The notes under the pieces were generated by a model. It did no database searches. It was given only the letters and a program-made list of their open reading frames with translations, and was not told the DNA's origin. A DNA stretch of 64,000 nucleotides from the human T2T-CHM13v2.0 reference genome, Homo sapiens, in the NCBI RefSeq assembly GCF_009914755.1, contig NC_060931.1; one strand, given 5' to 3'. This document shows positions 59,901 to 64,000 of this stretch, piece after piece. The first letter of the stretch is position 1. The number at the start of each line of letters is the position of its first letter. A program made the position numbers and the translations under genes.

Positions 59901-60139
59901 GGAGAGATTAGTGTTGACCTTTAAATAGTCCCACCGAAAGCCATGTTCAGATATACAATGCTACGGTTTCTCTAGACTCTTATAGAGCAACTATTTGGGA
60001 ATTTTTAATAATCAAATTATGTACCACACAAGAACTCCTTTTTTACATTGCTATTAACCTGTGGTATTCTTGTTCTTGTTCTTGGTGGTGGTGTTAGTTT
60101 TACTTAATTTTGCCAAAACCTTGGTCAAAACCTTATTCA

Positions 60140-61930
<1,791 letters not shown>

Positions 61931-62544
61931 GGTAAGAATGAAAACCTTATTAATAGACTTGGCTATGAATGTCCCTTAGACATTCCCGCAGTTCCTTGCT
62001 GTAAGGATGAACGTTCTCTATATGTCATAGGGTCCACCTCTGAGTGGAAGAGTTACATAAATGTTTTGAGGAATGGCAGCCTCAGAGCCCACCTCAAGAA
62101 ACGGGTTTAAAGGGAACAGCCTTCACTGGGATGTCTCACTGACAGTGTATTTCTGAAGCAGTCAGATCCCTGCGTTGTGATATCCAGTACATGACTCTTC
62201 TCTGTACACACTCTGCAGGATCTGGAAAGCTTATGAGTGGAGGAGGCAACAAAACTAGAGGAACCTCAAGACAATTCCCAGATCATAGAAACCAAGCCAT
62301 CCCTTCCTCCCTTTTATAAGAGAAGTTTCTCCTAGTTAAACAAGATTATACAAAATGAACACATATTTCATTTATAAAGCCCATTTGGCCATCCCAATAT
62401 AGATGATAGCGATAATGGTGTAATTCAAGACTACCAGGAGAGAACACCTGTCCCACCTCACTCCACCCCATATATACATATACACACTTATACAGGTGTA
62501 CCTCTCTTTGTCTCAGTAATGACTGCAATTCTTCTAACTACGGG

Positions 62545-62950
62545 CAATATGGTATGGAGGGTATGAACGAGTGCTCTCATGCCAGATGACTGAGTTTCAA
62601 TTCTGGCTTCACCGCTTACTAGCTGTGTGGCCTTGGGCAAGGTGTAACCTCTCTGTGCCTCAGTCTCCTCATCTGTAAAATGGGGATGGCATAGGACTTT
62701 TGTCAGAAGTAAATAGATTACTGCTTGTAAAGTGCTTAATATATTGCCGGACACATAGTAAGTGCTGCATATGTATCAACCACATTCGGGCCCTGGTTCT
62801 GGCAGGTACTGGTCTTGTGTCCTCGGGGAGTCATTTCATCTCTCTGGACCTCAACCTGGTCACATGTAAAATGGTGATAATAACCCTGCACTGCTTACTT
62901 CTCAGGATCGTCGTGAAGGCCTCATAAAATAATATGTGGACAGTGCCTTG
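62545..62950 (+). mobile_element. Two MIR fragments
   Basis: ctgtgtggccttgggcaag...cctcagtctcctcatctgtaaaatgggg MIR core. Confidence 0.75.
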
Positions 62951-63596
62951 AAAAGCAGCAACCCCATGTAAATGTCTGTCTTGTTACTTATCCTAGGTCT
63001 ATGTAGATTGTTTGGGAGCACAGTGGTTCTCACACTTGTCAAGAAATCAGACTATTTTCTCCTTTGTGGAGCAAACTGCTTCTACTTCAAGTCTTGGCTT
63101 AGAGGTCACTCCTGTAGGAAAACTTCCCTGATCCCCCTCACTCCGAATAATTGTGTTAGGTGCCCCTTCGACACCCTCCCCAGCACACCATACCCGGTGC
63201 CCGGTGTTCCTATTCCTTATCATTGCAGTTATGTATGTATTGTCAGCATTTGCTTACTTGTCTGATTTTGAGATCCTTGAAGACAAGAATAACTGTGTCT
63301 GGGGTCACCTCTATGTCCTTAGCACTTATTTCAATGTCTAGCACATAGCACGTGCTCAAGAAATATTTGCTTAATAAAGTCCAGATTCAAAGAGCCCACT
63401 CCCACTGGATATATTCACTCCAACGATATTTCAGAAGCTTCTCATTCTTACTATCTTCAAACTGGAACTGGTTCTAACCGGTTATCTAACTTATCTAACT
63501 TATTACTTATTTAACTCAGCTGATTTAGCTTTCTAATTTATTTCTTATTGCTCTCGTTGCTCCCACTCACTTTGTTCTATGCTGTTCTCCCAATAT

Positions 63597-64000
63597 ACCA
63601 GGCACGCGTCTGCCTCAGAGCCACCGGGCACGCGTCCGCCTCAGAAACACCGGGCACGCGCCCGCCTCAGAAACACCGGGCACGCGTCCGCCTCTGAAAC
63701 ACTGGGCCCGCGGCTGCCTCAGAAACACCGGGCACGCGCCCGCCTTAGAGCCACCGGGCATGCGCCCGCCTCAGAAACACCGGGCACGCGTCCGCCTCTG
63801 AAACACTGGGCCCGCGGCTGCCTCAGAAACACCGGGCACGTGCCCGCCTTAGAGCCACCGGGCATGCGTCCGCCTCTGAAACACCGGGCACGCGTCCGCC
63901 TCTGAAACACCGGGCCCGCGGCTGCCTCAGAAACACCGGGCACGCGCCCGCCTCAGAAACACCGGGCACGCGTCCGCCTCTGAAACACCGGGCCCGCGGC
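63597..64000. repeat. CpG-rich minisatellite, 26-bp unit ACCGGGCACGCG(T/C)CCGCCTC(A/T)GAAAC, at least 15.5 copies, truncated by the window end
   Basis: Contiguous tandem units read directly. Confidence 0.97.

Noticed and set aside
63597-64000. CRISPR-like array or the ORFs 63579..63905 and 63719..63943
   Set aside because: Units are contiguous with no unique spacers and no cas genes, in eukaryotic DNA. The ORFs arise from a GC-rich, stop-poor repeat.

Overview
Human (primate) nuclear genomic DNA, recognised from the encoded protein as the 3' end of ZNF277 (7q31.1). The last seven coding exons are on the + strand (stop at 15011-15013), followed by about 48 kb of repeat-rich intergenic DNA: many Alus, L1/L2/MIR, MaLR and ERV LTRs, and a nested ERVL-class provirus remnant. 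There is a ~3 kb ancient NUMT (ND5-ND6-tRNA-Glu-CYTB-tRNA-Thr-tRNA-Pro) and a CpG-rich 26-bp VNTR running off the right edge. The most interesting signal is barely reflected in the ORF track: two sets of exon-like segments with splice signals and stop/frameshift-riddled, cysteine-rich frames. One is on the - strand inside ZNF277 introns (about 9824 to 4250, starting with a Kozak ATG and a signal-peptide-like stretch). The other is on the + strand downstream of ZNF277 (about 21401-34850, about 12 exons). I read these as candidate decayed intron-containing genes for secreted Cys-rich proteins, inferred by hand without alignment. Repeat subfamily names and boundaries come from recalled consensus features and are approximate.
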